Assembly (NCBI RefSeq): GCF_018977255.1
Contig: NW_024704743.1
Location: 100,876,001-100,940,000, forward strand
DNA: 64,000 nucleotides
Reading direction: 5' to 3'
Origin: Callorhinchus milii
Taxonomy: Eukaryota
Shown here: positions 38,461 to 51,547 of the stretch, in pieces
How the letters are laid out: each line of letters begins with the position of its first letter
How positions within the stretch are numbered: position 1 is the first letter of the stretch
Made by a program: the position numbers and the translations under genes
Notes under the pieces: generated by a model
Database searches by the model: none
What the model saw: the letters and a program-made list of their open reading frames with translations, nothing else
Told to the model about the DNA's origin: nothing

Positions 38461-39433
38461 GGACAAGAAGGCTTTGTATTGGTAGGGTGGGAGGAAGATT
38501 GTGGAGCGTTTTAAATCAACAACAACAACTTGCATTTATATAGCGCCCTTCACCCGAGTCGTGTCTCGGAGTGATTAGCATTGCACTAGAGTTTTAGGTG
38601 GTGATTGAATATCAAGTAATTGAATATTATAGAGATTTTCTTGATCACCATTGAAAATTATTTGCACAGAACCTTCTCTCAATAGATTAAAGAGATGCCA
38701 TTGAGAGAGTAAACTGTACATAGTCTCTTTAAATAGAACACATCGCAGGGACTTGTGATTTAATGATAATGCACCACTTATTGATAATGCACCATGTGCT
38801 CACCACTTAGAGATTTATTTTCAGTGAATAACTGGTATCCGATGTGTATTCTATGTATAATATACTGGATGGACGAAAACTTTCTTTAGGAAAAAAAGGC
38901 TGGAACGTGAACTTTTTCTACTTTCTTTTAAGAATAATGAGTGACGAGAGTTGAATCAGGAATTGAAATAGTAACTAAATATACTTTTATTATAAAGATG
39001 AATTTGAACTGTAGCAATGCGATCTTAATTACAAACTGAGATCACATCAATAACCAGTATCACCTCATATTTAAGTTTTAGCTTTCCATAATGTTTGTTT
39101 AACCATAATTTCACAGAAACATTCCTATGATTCAGCGATTTCAACCTGTAAATATCTAGGTGAAACAGACCTGGAAAATCCCAAGTTCACTCAGTGTCAA
39201 GCCTCACAAATGAAAAACGGTCACTTGGGTGAGCTAGCAGTGGATGACTAGGGTCTAAATGAAGGTGACAAAACACATTCAGAAGAGTCTTTGAGGGGAA
39301 AAAAATTAGGAAGGAAAAATAATGCGCAGAACTTACCCTTCTATAGCTCTCAGGTTTATCAAGTGGACAGCAAAAAAATGTTTGGAAGGAAATGCAATTT
39401 TGGAATTTTGTATCTATTTTCAAATGAATAAAT

Positions 39434-39648
39434 ATTAATAATAATAATCCTTGCATTTGATATAGCACTTTTCACATCGGGAGGACGTCCCAAAGCGCTT
39501 CACAGAACACACTGTAAAGTGAATTGACTGTATATTTGTGGGCGAACGCGGCAGCCAATTGCACACAGCAATGTCCCACAAACAGTCGTAGATTGAAAAT
39601 GACCAATTTATTATTGTTTTGGGTTTTGGAGGGATTATTATTATTATT
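39434..39648 (-). mobile_element. Young SINE 3' half (L2-like tail subfamily)
   Basis: Nearly identical to 46256-46465; CpGs retained. Confidence 0.9.
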
Positions 39649-42482
39649 GGATTGGGAATTAGCACTAAATATTGAGAGAGAGAAAGAGAAAGAGAAGCCT
39701 GGGAAAAAGATTCCCTGTACTATTGTATCTCAGCAAGTTTATTGTTTTTCATATTGTGGGACAAAATTTCCGAGTGCAGCATTGCTCAGCCAAATAAGAC
39801 ATACAATCAAAGTCAACTGTAAGTTAGGGTTGAGAATTGTCTAATTGTTGAATTACTATGAAATTATGAACATCTTTTGCAATAGTTTTCTATTAGACAT
39901 CAGTATTCAGATAAAAGAGCTTATAAGTGGCAAACTTTACTAGCTAACAAATACGAGTAGCGGAGTATTTGGATATTCACAATCAGTCACAAAGCAACAT
40001 CCTAGCATGTATCCCTAAAATTAACAATGCAAGTACAACGGAGGAAAACACAATTTTTCCTAAGCGTATGATTTTAACAACTCCAAGATGCAGCAGTCCA
40101 GCTTGAAGGGTGCTATATAAAGGTAAGTTATTGTTTCAATCTGTACACATAGCCCAGACAGAAAAAAACATTTCTATGAACACAGCAATCCTCCACTTAT
40201 AACTAATATTCTATGTCATCACTGTTCTCAAAAGATTTCCTAGAATAGCGTATTTTAGAACTTGAACACAAACCATCTACCATTTTCTATAAAACCTTGC
40301 AATCATAGCAATCATATTCTAAGTTACCTTAACAGCTTAGCACTGTGAAGTGAAGATGGTAGGATTGGTATTCTGGAGGAATGAGATCAAATGAGCCAAT
40401 GGATTTTCTTTATTCGAATCTCTCATGATTTTGCAAACTAGCACAGTATAGCATTTTTAAACAAATTGAACTTCAGACATTATAATGCTTTATATCATAT
40501 ACAGGTAATATTAGAATTACAGTGGAAAATGTTACTTGCCAGATTTTATAGATGGGGTTAATTTTCAGCTTTAATAAAATACAAAGAATATAGGAAAAGC
40601 TTGAAGCTTATAGTGAGATTCTTTTCTACTGTTTTCTTCAAGACACCCCTATTTCTGATTTTTGTTTGGATTGTGGCAATAATTGCCTCCTTCTGCACAT
40701 AATCTATTTGGGACATGTTTCCTTTAAATTCAACTAACAGTTTGAGTAAGTGAATAGATAATATTGTGATTTAAGTCCTGCTTGACAGGCATTTTTAATT
40801 AAAAACACTTCATGCACTTTTCATTACTGATTGGAACTGCAACATTGAGCATCAATAGCAAATGCTCTAAGCAAAGAATTTGGAATGGCCTGCAATTTTA
40901 ATCAAGAACCATAAGAGTAAATTTAATATGTCCACTGAAAAGTGCTTTCTTTGGTTACAATGACTAAGGCCTCAGGTACAATAAAGACTGTAAAATCAAC
41001 AGGACATTTAGCATCATCAATTAATGATGATTTCTGCAGGATATGGTGCCATAGATGATTTTACAATTCATATTTAATAGCATATATTACATTCTACTAT
41101 GCACATTAAAAACACGAAGAGCCATGTAATATTGTAAAACACAATGTATTTCTGTATTAACTGAAGATCACAATAATAGAATCCCCAGTTGTACCATTAC
41201 TGCAAAATTCACACCACCAAACATGAATCCAGTAAGAATATCTATACTGATTAAAGTCATTTCAAAATATGCTTGCGGCAACAGTTGTGAAAGAGGTACA
41301 AAAAGATCCAGTCTCCCTGCAGATATAGTATTTCAACACTCTTGAAGTTTATTACTGTACTGTTGTTTAGTTATTCATATTGTACAATTTAGCTCAGATA
41401 AATCATACAATAAAATACTCACGTGGATGAACGATGTCCAAAATCCAGGATAGATACCATAAAAATCAAACGCAGGCATATCGCAACGTGGATTATTGAG
41501 CATCAGGGTTGATAACATGGAAAAGAAAAGAATTAAGCATTAAGTAAAAAGAAAGAAAAGACCGATCATTCAAGTTTTGAGCAACTCATATTTAATTCAA
41601 GTTTTGTGTCTGCCTCAGTCTCTCAGTCCCTCTGAAGCTTGTCAGCAGTGGAATTCTGGCAAGCTAAAGGCAATGCAGTACTCACCACAGACTTGAAAGT
41701 TAATTAATTTTATTTCAGATCCCACTGAAGACTTTACTGGTGAGTGAAAAACAATTCAATTAATGCATACAGTTGGCTCTGCTTCCTTTTTAAATATATA
41801 CTCCCTTCTTTCCTCTTCTCCCCTCCGCCCCAAACTCCAGACGCACGCAAGTTTCTACAGTAGTATTAATGATGTATACATGTACTGTGTTTAATAACTG
41901 TGTATAATACTGTATATGATATAATATTGTATAAATAACCCTGGAAGCAACATTCTTAAGATCTACCTTTGCTGAAAAAATGTAGACATGAATCTCATTT
42001 TCCTCATTCAAATAGCTGTTTTACACCAACTGTGAAGATAAAGTGCCTTCAATACCTCTTGTGGTATATAAACTACAAATTATAAAACTACAAAGTACAA
42101 TTCAGGACACCAAAACGTGATTGGGGAACAGCTATAACTGGTTAGTGTTCTCGGTTATCAATATCTCTGATGATAAAAAGTTGGAAATAAAATGGCCCTA
42201 ATCTTGCTCCATTGAAACTCTGTGTAAACTTTTAATGATTTAAAAAATAGGGATTTAAAAGGGGAGAATAAACGTGTTCATATCACTTTGCATTTTAATC
42301 CTTACGTCTGTCATTGCAGTTATTGCAAGAACCTCATCTTCAGTTAAATGCAGTGCAGCCCTTATCATTCAGAAGTGAGTTGTTAAACTTGTTGCCAAGC
42401 TATAAATGAAAGCAACTTAAGCAGCATAGCTCCAATCTCCAAACCACTACAGAATGAAATTGAGTAGATTGTCTAATGCCTA

Positions 42483-42514
42483 CCTTCCTTCCTTCCTTCC
42501 TTCCTTCCTTCCTT
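42483..42514. repeat. (CCTT)n microsatellite
   Basis: Read directly from sequence. Confidence 0.95.
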
Positions 42515-43417
42515 ACATGCTCCAGTAATCAATCAAATGCATTAGTATGGGCGAAGCATCCACATTATGAATGTTATCAGTGTGCGATGATGCCTTCACC
42601 GCATGGAAAGGAAACTACCACTTATTGCATCGTACAGTACTGAAAACGCAGCAGCAACCGCAGTGTGTACTTAGTCAGACTGCGCTGTCCCTCAGATGCA
42701 GATTCCCTTAATCTACCTTTGCAGATGAATCTCTCTGGAACAGCAACTCCCAACATGTTCCCACATCCTTATTTAAGGTGTTCTTACCCACACAGCCACA
42801 CAACCTGCATAATGCAATGGCCTGTGAGTCTGCACCAACACTTTACCAATGCTGAATAGCAAATGTTAACGTGTCTGCGCTCAGTTTAGCCGCTGTGCAT
42901 TCACAAATCGCTTCGGGGTTCATTCATCGGAGGTAATGACTGTTGATGTAACTGTGTGACTTGTCCAAACTTCCCGACGTTGCTCGGGATGGCGATGAAT
43001 TCAGAACCTGCACCGACACTGGGAACCAAACGCCTTTTTTAACGGCACAAATAATGGGAGTCAAACGACAGCCCCAGTCGAGGGGTCTCCAAAACATATT
43101 CCGCTGACAGGTGATGGTGTCCCCGGACACACATCGAGAGCCTCACACTGCAGTCAGGAACTGGGAGCGGAGTGAGGCACTGCCACACGTCTGATCTCTG
43201 TCGCGCAGTAAGTAAGTCAGTAAGTAAGTAAGTAAAGTGTCGGATTAACGTGGTCCCCAACCACAGTCCCTGTGACAGCCGCCGCCCCCACACAGACAGA
43301 TGTTCACATCACTGCAAAGCCACGACACCGTCTCATCCGCCCCCACAGCCCCAGCGGTGCGCCACCAGGACCCGCATTCACTTTAGCCGTCTCGAGCCCC
43401 GACTCCTGGTCTCTCAC

Positions 43418-43770
43418 CTGTTCCTGTGTCGATACCGACAACTCCCGACCCAACAGTCCCCGATGGAGATTTGATTTGCAAACCACCGCGCGGGGGGGAC
43501 CCGGGGGGGGGACGGGGGGGGGGACGGGGGGGGGACGGGGGGGGACGGGACGTCGAGACAGAAATCAAAGGACGAGGTGGGAAAACAGCCTCGTCAGCCT
43601 TTGCCTTTGCTTTGCCTTTGCTTTGCCTTCTCCTTTACGGTGTGGACGTCAATGTTAAATGAACGGACGTCCACCTACAGCCAAACATGTCCCGGTGTCG
43701 CGCAGCGGCAGCGAAGGCTCTCACACTCTCTCTCTCGCTCTCTCTCACTCACTCTCTCACTCACTCAGCG
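43418..43770 (-). other. Probable non-coding first exon of an unidentified gene (5' end approximate)
   Basis: Strong donor CAG|GTGAGA at 43418/43417 downstream of CCAAT/GC boxes; the only ATG opens a short uORF (43688-43635). Confidence 0.55.
43492..43549 (+). repeat. Poly-G tracts separated mostly by AC (G-quadruplex potential)
   Basis: Five long G runs plus a final GGG. Confidence 0.85.
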
Positions 43771-43951
43771 CTGTGCCCCCGCACCCCCCGCAGCGCCCGC
43801 CCCTCGCTCCCCAGGAGCCAATGGCAAGCGTGGGATCTCGAGGGCTCGCTGCTGACTGGCCGGCGCCGCCTGTCAATCATGCAATCCGGCCACAGCTGTC
43901 AGTCAGGGCTGGGCTGCAAAGGTAGTTTCAGCTCGACTTTAACCTTGGGAT

Positions 43952-44954
43952 CAGCCACACAGCCACACACACACAGCCAGACACACACACACAGCCACAC
44001 ACACACACACACACACACAGCCACACACACACAGCCACACACACACACACAGCCACACACACACACACACACAGCCAGACACAGCCACACACAACCAGAC
44101 ACACACACACACAGCCACAGCCACACACACACAGCCACACACACACACACAGCCAGACACAGCCACACACACACACACACACAGCCACACACACACACAC
44201 ACACACACAGCCAGACACACACACACACACACACAGCCACACACACACAGCCAGACACACACACACAGCCACACACACACACACACAGCCAGACACACAC
44301 ACACACACAGCCACACACACACAGCCACACACACACACACAGCCAGACACAGCCACACACACACACACAGCCAGACACCACGCACACACAGCCAGACACA
44401 CACACACACAGCCAGACACACACACACACACAGCCAGACACACACACAGCCAGACACACGCACACACACAGCCACACACACACACACAGCCACACACACA
44501 CACACAGCCACACACACACACACACACAGCCACACACACACACACAGCCACACACACACACAGCCACACACACACACACACACACAGCCAGACACACACA
44601 CACACACACACAGCCAGACACACACACAGCCACACACACACACACACAACACACACACAGCCAGACACACACACACACACACACACACACAGCCACACAC
44701 ACACACACACACACAGCCACACACACACACACACACACACACACAGCCACACACACACACACACAGCACACACACACCACAAGCCACAGCACACACACAC
44801 AGCCACACAGCCACACACACACACACAGCCACACAGCCACACACACACAGCCACACACACACACACACACACACACAGCCACACACACACACACACACAG
44901 CCAGACAGACACACGGACACAGATAGACACACACACGGACACAGACAGACACAG

Positions 44955-44986
<32 letters not shown>

Positions 44987-45074
44987 ACACACACAGCCAC
45001 ACACACAGCGAGACAGACACACACACAGACAAACACACACACAGACACACACACAGACACACACAGACAGACAG
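43952..45074. repeat. Compound (CA)n satellite punctuated by CAGC/CAGCCAGA
   Basis: Read directly; explains the HT- and CV-repeat ORFs. Confidence 0.97.
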
Positions 45075-45305
45075 CTGCCGCAATATTTTAAACGCCTTTC
45101 CTCTTTTTTTCTCTCTCTCTCCCTCTCTCCCTCTCGGGCTTGGGAAGAGGGATGGCCGCTTCACAGGGCGAAGGAGATGGCAATGCATTGGGACGGACGT
45201 GCACGACCTGCAATGATAATGCAATAGGGGCAGTCGATGGTTTGCCCCGTGTGAAACCTGCATTGCTGAAGTGCTGTGGTTCTAGGAACATAATGCGGAG
45301 GACAG

Positions 45306-45810
45306 CCTCCCTCCTGCCCTCCCTCCCTCCCTTCCTGCCTTCCTTCCTTCCCTCCCTCCCTCCCTGCCTTCCTTCCTTGCCTTCCTTCCTTCTCTCCCTG
45401 CCTTCCTTCCTTCCTTCCCTCCCTGCCTGCCTTCCCTCCTTCCCTGCCTGCCTGCCTTCCTTCCCTCTCTCCCTGCCTTCCCTCCCTCCCCTGCCCTGCC
45501 CTCCCTGCCTGCCTTCCCTCCTCCCCTGCCTGCCTGCCTTCCTTCCCTCTCTCCCTGCCTTCCCTCCTCCCCTGCCCTGCCCTCCCTGCCTGCCTTCCCT
45601 CCTTCCCTGCCTGCCTGCCTTCCCTCCCTCTCTCCCTGCCCTCCCTCCCCTGCCCTCCCTGCCTGCCTTCCCTCCTTCCCTGCCTGCCTGCCTTCCTTCC
45701 CTCTCTCCCTGCCTTCCCGCCCTCCCTGCCCTGCCCTCCCTGCCTGCCTTCCCTCCTCCCCTGCCTGCCTTCCCTCCCTCTCTCCCTGCCCTCCCTCCCT
45801 GCCCTCCCTG
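45306..45810. repeat. Pyrimidine-rich (CCCT/CCTG/CCTT)n low-complexity tract
   Basis: Read directly; explains the LPS- and GRE-repeat ORFs. Confidence 0.96.
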
Positions 45811-46255
45811 GCTGCTGAGCCAAGCCACACACATAAACACGCCGAAGCTTCTCACAGTGTCATGTCGTTCTGCATTATTGGACTTTAATACTGATCCCGG
45901 ATTATTTAGAGTGTTTGTTCCAGTTAATTGACACACACACACACACATCCAAACGATCAAAGAAAGCTCATTTGGATTCAACCAGAATTGAATGTTGCTT
46001 TGCCAAAAGAAAAGAAAAATAAATATAATAACTTGCTCTGCCAGCCCTCGAACACAAGAATAACAAATGAGTCTGTCTGCATTGTATTGTCTGACTGTAG
46101 TTGCTGCTTTAATCCATTGAACTAACACGAGCACAGCATATTATTACCATATGTATCAAATGCAGGAGAAATTCACCGCAATGAAACATGCACTAGATTC
46201 TTGGACTTTTTTTTTGGTGTGGGGGGTTTGGAGGTAGGAAGAGGTTTATTTATTT

Positions 46256-46507
46256 AATAATAATAATAATCCTTGCATTTGATATAGCGCTTTTCACGTC
46301 GGGAGGACGTCCCAAAGCGCTTCACAGAACACACTGTAAAGTGAATTGACTGTATATTTGTGGGCGAACGCGGCAGCCAATTGCACACAGCAATGTCCCA
46401 CAAACAGTCGTAGATTGAAAATGACTAATTTATTATTGTTTGGGGTTTTGGAGGGATTATTATTAGGCTGTGTGGAGTAAGGGAACTTGCCCAAGGTTTC
46501 GCCCTGA
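46256..46507 (-). mobile_element. Young SINE lacking the tRNA head
   Basis: Tail gatatagcgcttttcacgtcgggaggacgtcccaaagcgc through aaggtttcgccctg. Confidence 0.9.
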
Positions 46508-46574
46508 CAATAATTATTTCTGACAATAATTAATATCATGCAAAAGTGTTTTTACTTTTAACTTTTAAGTGTGT

Positions 46575-47022
46575 CAATCTGGGTCAGTTGACAGCTCTTC
46601 CATCTCTGAGTCCAAACGGTATGGGTTCAAACTGGGCATCAGGATTTAGAACCCACATTGACCATGTCCAGGGCCAGGCCAACACTCCCAAACAGTGCTG
46701 GAGGTGCACAGTATTGCTGGAGATTGCATCCATCAAATACAAAGCCAAATCAAGGTCCGGTCTAGCTGTTCAGGAGGATCTTAAACAGATCCCATGGCTC
46801 TACTCAAAAATAGAAGGGAGTTTCTCCTGTTGTTCCAGCCCCAAATCCCCTACACAAAACAATCCATCATTCAGTTATTTGTAGGATATTGTTACATGCA
46901 AATTAGCTGCTGCAATTGCGTACAAAATACATAGTCACTAAACATCACAGTAAATCCTGTGAAGCATTTTGAGACATATTTCCAACCTGAATGTCTCTAT
47001 ATCAAATGCAAAGATTATTATG
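46575..47022 (+). mobile_element. DeuSINE-like SINE, near full length, old
   Basis: ctctgagtccaaacggtatgggttcaaa head, gatcccatggc, tail atatcaaatgcaaagattatt. Confidence 0.7.
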
Positions 47023-47410
47023 CTATTATGCCTGGTCTGCTTGGCGCAATACTTCACCATTGAGATGCTTTCACCTACTTACTGATCAGGAAGCATTAAT
47101 AGTAGCATTTCAAATATGTGCTGAGGTGACTCAAAAGGAATTTACCAGACAGTGTGTTTTTATGTGAACCTGACTCTCAGCTGTGCTGTATTACTGATTT
47201 CAAAACCCTGTCTAATGTTATCATTATATTCTTTGGTCTTCTGGATGTGTTACAAAAAAGGAAAGCAGATTGTGTACTTATAGTCTCCAGTTCCATTTAC
47301 TAACCACTGAGAGAAGCAGAGGTTTGTATGCCAGTTATGTAGTGCAGCCAGTTTGGGAGTGTGCCACTCCATCCCTGCCGACAAACATCCCTGTTTGCCT
47401 ATGTCAAGAG

Positions 47411-47774
47411 AATAATAGTAATAATAATCCTTGCATTTGATATAGCACCTTATCACGTCTTCGAGACGTCTCAAAGCGCTTCACAGAATATACTTTGTCA
47501 ATTGACAGTATCATTTGTGGGCAAAATGCAGCAGCCAATTGTGCACAGCAGTATCCCACAAACAGTTGCGGATTGAGTGACTAATTTTTTTTTGAAGGAA
47601 TTAGTACCCCTGGAAAGCGAACCACTAATTGACTAACAACGGTTCCTGTTTATTGCTAGGTAAACAAAGGCATGTGGAGTAAGGAAACTTACCCAAAATG
47701 TTACGCTGCCAGGAATCAAACCCAGGTCTCTCGTTTGTGAGACGAGTTCTCTAACCACTGAGCTACAGGACTCC
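47411..47774 (-). mobile_element. tRNA-Ala SINE, long form, full length
   Basis: Includes the gctaggtaaacaaagg segment; head ends ctgagctacaggactcc. Confidence 0.9.
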
Positions 47775-48144
47775 ACAATACAGAACACAGATATGGGCCA
47801 GCAATAGCCAAAGCATAGTGGCAACATAAAAAATTGGAGGCTAAAAGACAGCATAATTATTCCTTGGCTATAATATTTGATCTGACTGGCAACTTGAGTT
47901 TTGCTTTATCAGCATTTCTCCAGTTTCCTTTACCTGTTACGAATATTGATAGCCCGACGATTCTCTCCTCTCCTCAATGCCACCATCCCCAAATTATTAA
48001 AAGAAGTGTAAGTTGTTATCAAATGTAAGAGTTATTATTTCAGTTGAAAAAACAAACAGGGTATTTCTAATGTGATTTTATCTGATATGAGTGAAAATCA
48101 TTTATTGGATATGAGTGAAAATCATTTTGAATTAACAACAACTT

Positions 48145-48480
48145 GATTTCAAGATCCTCACACTCGTGTTCAAATCCCTTCACTCTCTGGCACCTCCCTA
48201 CCTCTCCGACCTCCTCACTCTCCAATCTACCACCCAGTGTCTCCCTCGACCGGCACTGGCCTCCTGCTCATCCCTTGCACCTTCTGTCTCACCATCGGAG
48301 GTCGAGCTTTCAGCCACTATGCCCCAAAACTCTGGAACACTCTCCCTCAATCCTTCCACCTTGTCCCCTCTCTCCTCTTTTTCAAGTCCCACCTGAAAAC
48401 CTTCCTTTTTGACCGTGCTTACGGCCACCTACACTGACCCCCAGCCCAGAAGGCGCTATACAAGTGCAAGATGTTGTTGT
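48145..48480 (+). mobile_element. L2 3' fragment
   Basis: FKSLHSLAPPYLSDLL; GGRAFSHYAPKLWNTLP; FKSHLKTFLFDRAY. Confidence 0.9.
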
Positions 48481-48682
48481 ACTTTGAAATAAGGTCACAA
48501 AATGAGTGTATGTTTGGGGTAAGAGGGGTATATATATTCACAAAATGCACTACTGGCTTGTGTTTGTGATTTGGGTTCAGGTTCATCCCTTCAAATTGAC
48601 ATGATACAAATTCCAAGAGTGCTCAGCGGCTCAGCAAACACGATGATGGATATAATGAGGTGTTCATAGAACAGCAGATACT

Positions 48683-49030
48683 ATAATAATCCTTTAATTT
48701 GACATTTATCACGTTATCAAAACATCTCAAAGCTCTTCACATGGATTTACTGTGAATTTGTTGACTTTGGAACGTCCTGCCAACATGAAGGTGCTATACA
48801 AATGTCATTTTGTATTGTAACACAGCAGCCAATTTGCACAATGCCCCACAAACAGCCTTGAATTGAATTAACTGGGAGGATTATTGGCCGAGACACCGGG
48901 ATGAAATCCCTTCTCTTTCCAACTAGTGCCATGGGATCTTTAAAGTCCATCTTTAACAGGCAGACAGTACCTCAGATTAACATCTCACCCAATGGTCGCC
49001 ACTCTGGTAGTGCAGAGACCCATTGAAGTC
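48683..49030 (-). mobile_element. DeuSINE-like SINE
   Basis: ggccgagacaccgggatgaaatcccttctc...tagtgccatgggatctttaaagtcc. Confidence 0.7.
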
Positions 49031-49876
49031 TCATCTCAAAGTGTGAGTTTAAAGTTCCAATGTACAATCGTGATATTTTCTTGTATTATAAAGTTTCTAA
49101 AACTTTACCAAAACCCTGCAGAAAATTAAATTTTTCCTTTGGGAATAGAGGCTGTCTATATCCATTTAATTTAAGGTCTGACTAGTCAGCTTCTTCAGAG
49201 ACTTGCAATCTGAAGTGCTTTTTCTTTTAAATCTTTAGGCTGGAGACCAAGTGACAGTTTTAATTAACGGCACTGTTACAATTGCTTGCAGTTGAAATTG
49301 GTGATAAATTACAATGATAATAAAGCAGATTATGAAACATCAGTCATGTAGAAAAACAGTTTTACCTTATTTGTACTGGGCAATCTAATTTAGTTCAGAT
49401 TTTTTAATTCAAGATGGATTTGATCTCCCTCGTATTTACACTCAACTTTGCCCTGAACCAAGACTGTTGCACCAACCACACTATTGAATTACCTGTCTGG
49501 GGCATGTCCTCACATATCAGATAAAGCAAAAGTCTAAAGGGGGATTATCAATTGCACCTGATTGTTTCCATTAACCTGATCCCAATCTATTTGCTACAAA
49601 AGAGGCAGGAAAGGAAGATTAGAGATTACTTACTCCAACACCAGAGAAAAAATATTGATCTTTCACTGTTTCTGGGACATTGCTGTGTACATATTAGAAG
49701 CTGTTGCCCATATTTGCCTACAAATATGCAGTCACTACATTCTATATTAAATCCTGTGAAACATGTTTTGATGACATTATGAAGCTCTACAGCAAATGAA
49801 AGCAATTGTTATAAAATAATGTGTTCTATTTAAAAACTCAATGACATTATAAGGCAATTTATCAAATGCAAGGATT

Positions 49877-49978
49877 ATTATTTTATAAAAACAACTGTGA
49901 GATTTGAATACACCTGAAATTGAGTAATTCACTCAATTCAGGTGCATTCAAATCTCACAGTTGTTTTTATAAAATAAT
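49877..49978. repeat. 102-bp near-perfect palindrome
   Basis: Arms of 49 and 48 nt differ by one substitution and one indel; loop aattc. Confidence 0.95.
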
Positions 49979-49995
49979 GCCATGGGATTATTCAT

Positions 49996-50315
49996 AATAA
50001 CAACAACAAATTGCATTTATATAGCGCCTTTCACATTGGGAGGATGTCCCAGCCATTTCAACAATAGAAGGTCTGCACCTAAGCTGGAGGTTGGATTCGG
50101 GAGGGGGGGGCAAAGGGGGTGGGGATGCAAAGGTGACTGAAAGTATGTTGAAAGAAATATCTTGAGACAGACCTTGAAGGATGTAAGGGAAGTGGTGAAG
50201 TGAAGGGACTTCTGGATGAGTTCCAGAGAGTGGGGGCAGAAAGGCTGAAGGCCTGATGACTGATGATGGCACGGCCAGTGCTTGTCAAGTGGAGGGTGCG
50301 AGCAGGTTGGTTGGT
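49996..50315 (-). mobile_element. L2 3' fragment
   Basis: aacaacaacaaattgcatttatatagcgcctttcac tail; [13 protein letters not shown]. Confidence 0.85.
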
Positions 50316-50559
50316 CTTAGAAGCCAAACAGCGAGAAAACTTGCCAGGCAGTGTTCTCATGGAAGAGACTAATGAGACTGCCACAGAGGCTACAGTCAAC
50401 TCCATGGACACATCGCTTACCTCCCCGCTCCTCCAAGGAGGACAGTCAGTAGTTGGTCATTTGACATTCGACAGACACGGGACTGAGCTCTCACTAGGTG
50501 GATGGCAGGTACCAGGAACTCCCTGCAAGATTCCTGGTGGTCAACACATTTTAGCATGA

Positions 50560-51135
50560 AATATGGGAGAGCATTGTCAACATCTTCCTATCCGCAGCTC
50601 AGACACACATGGTGGATTCTGAGTGCTAGATGTACTAACTCGTGTTCACGAACTCGGACACCAGGTAACACCTTCCAGCAGCTGTTGCCCCAAGCCTCAG
50701 AGATTCCTCATTAGCTATCTGATTCATATCTATCTTCAGCAAGTTGGGAGGACCATTCACAGGATGGCTTGTGACATGCCAGCCACTTTGATGTTCTCAA
50801 GAACATCTCCAATCCAATGTTCCCGGCTTACTTCAAGACGTGCTGTTTAGTCACGTCATGTGAGAATAAATAGATGTGCTTGCTCTGAAGCCAACTCTGC
50901 CTCCAAGTTGTTTAGGCTGGAGCCCTCCTTCCCTGCATCCACTTTCTGTGTTTGCCACAATTCCACCTCATTGCTTGATTCTGGACTTTGCAAATGGGCC
51001 AGAGAAAGCCCCTCGGTTGCATTCCCAGGAGCTCAGATCCATAAAGAAGAATTGTTTGCACACAGGTCTTATATGCTTTAAGTTTAATGTGCATTGGGAC
51101 CTTGCTGTCCTTGAAGAGAGATAAGCGTGACCAGA
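50560..51135 (-). mobile_element. RTE-clade LINE fragment, decayed
   Basis: SKVPMHIKLKAYKTCVQTILLYGSE matches the RTE ORF2 motif KxKxYxxCVxxxLLYGSExW; a WxGHV-like remnant follows. Confidence 0.65.
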
Positions 51136-51269
51136 GTGCCCTTCATCCCTTCTCTGCACTGTGTAGTCAAGCCTGGGCATGGTAAAATAATATCTTAAAT
51201 AAACAAACAAACAAACAAACAAAGTAAAATAAAGTAAAATAAAGTAAAATGAAATAGAAAATAGATAAG

Positions 51270-51520
51270 GGTTCTGATGGCCCAAGGGGAGAATTTGTCC
51301 AGAAGCGGGCAATGTTGCAGAGATGAAGCAAAGGTGGGTCAAGGCACGGATGTGGTGTTTAAAGGGACAGTTGAGAGTTGAATAGATATCAAAGTTTGAA
51401 ATTGTGTGGCGGTCTCGGTAGTCTGGTTCCTCAGCCAGACGGGTCCACGGTATTCCAAGGAACTGATGATGACAGCAAAACCAGCCTGCTTTATCAGCAG
51501 GAACTGGAAGGGCAAACCAG
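51270..51520 (-). mobile_element. Old L2 fragment
   Basis: gggcaatgttgcagagatg (reverse of HLxNIA), ggacagttgagagttgaa. Confidence 0.55.
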
Positions 51521-51547
51521 TCACTAGGGGCAGGGAGTTATCCCACT

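Larger units (their letters stand above)
42870..43930. promoter_or_regulatory. CpG island promoter
   Basis: Sharp rise in GC and CpG; GC box gcccgcccc near 43795, CCAAT 43818-43822, CRE-like gacgtca near 43645. Confidence 0.85.

Noticed and set aside
39337..39413. Possible minus-strand exon (TKFQNCISFQTFFCCPLDKPESYRR|GTAAGT)
   Set aside because: Good donor but weak acceptor and no recognisable homology
43687..45263. ORFs of 369-509 aa rich in HT or CV
   Set aside because: Translations of the CA microsatellite, open on both strands
45088..46134. ORFs of 182-348 aa rich in GRE or LPS
   Set aside because: Translations of the low-complexity pyrimidine tract
48085..48127. Short tandem duplications (also near 38764 and 46504) as CRISPR-like arrays
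   Set aside because: Two copies only, no spacers, eukaryotic context
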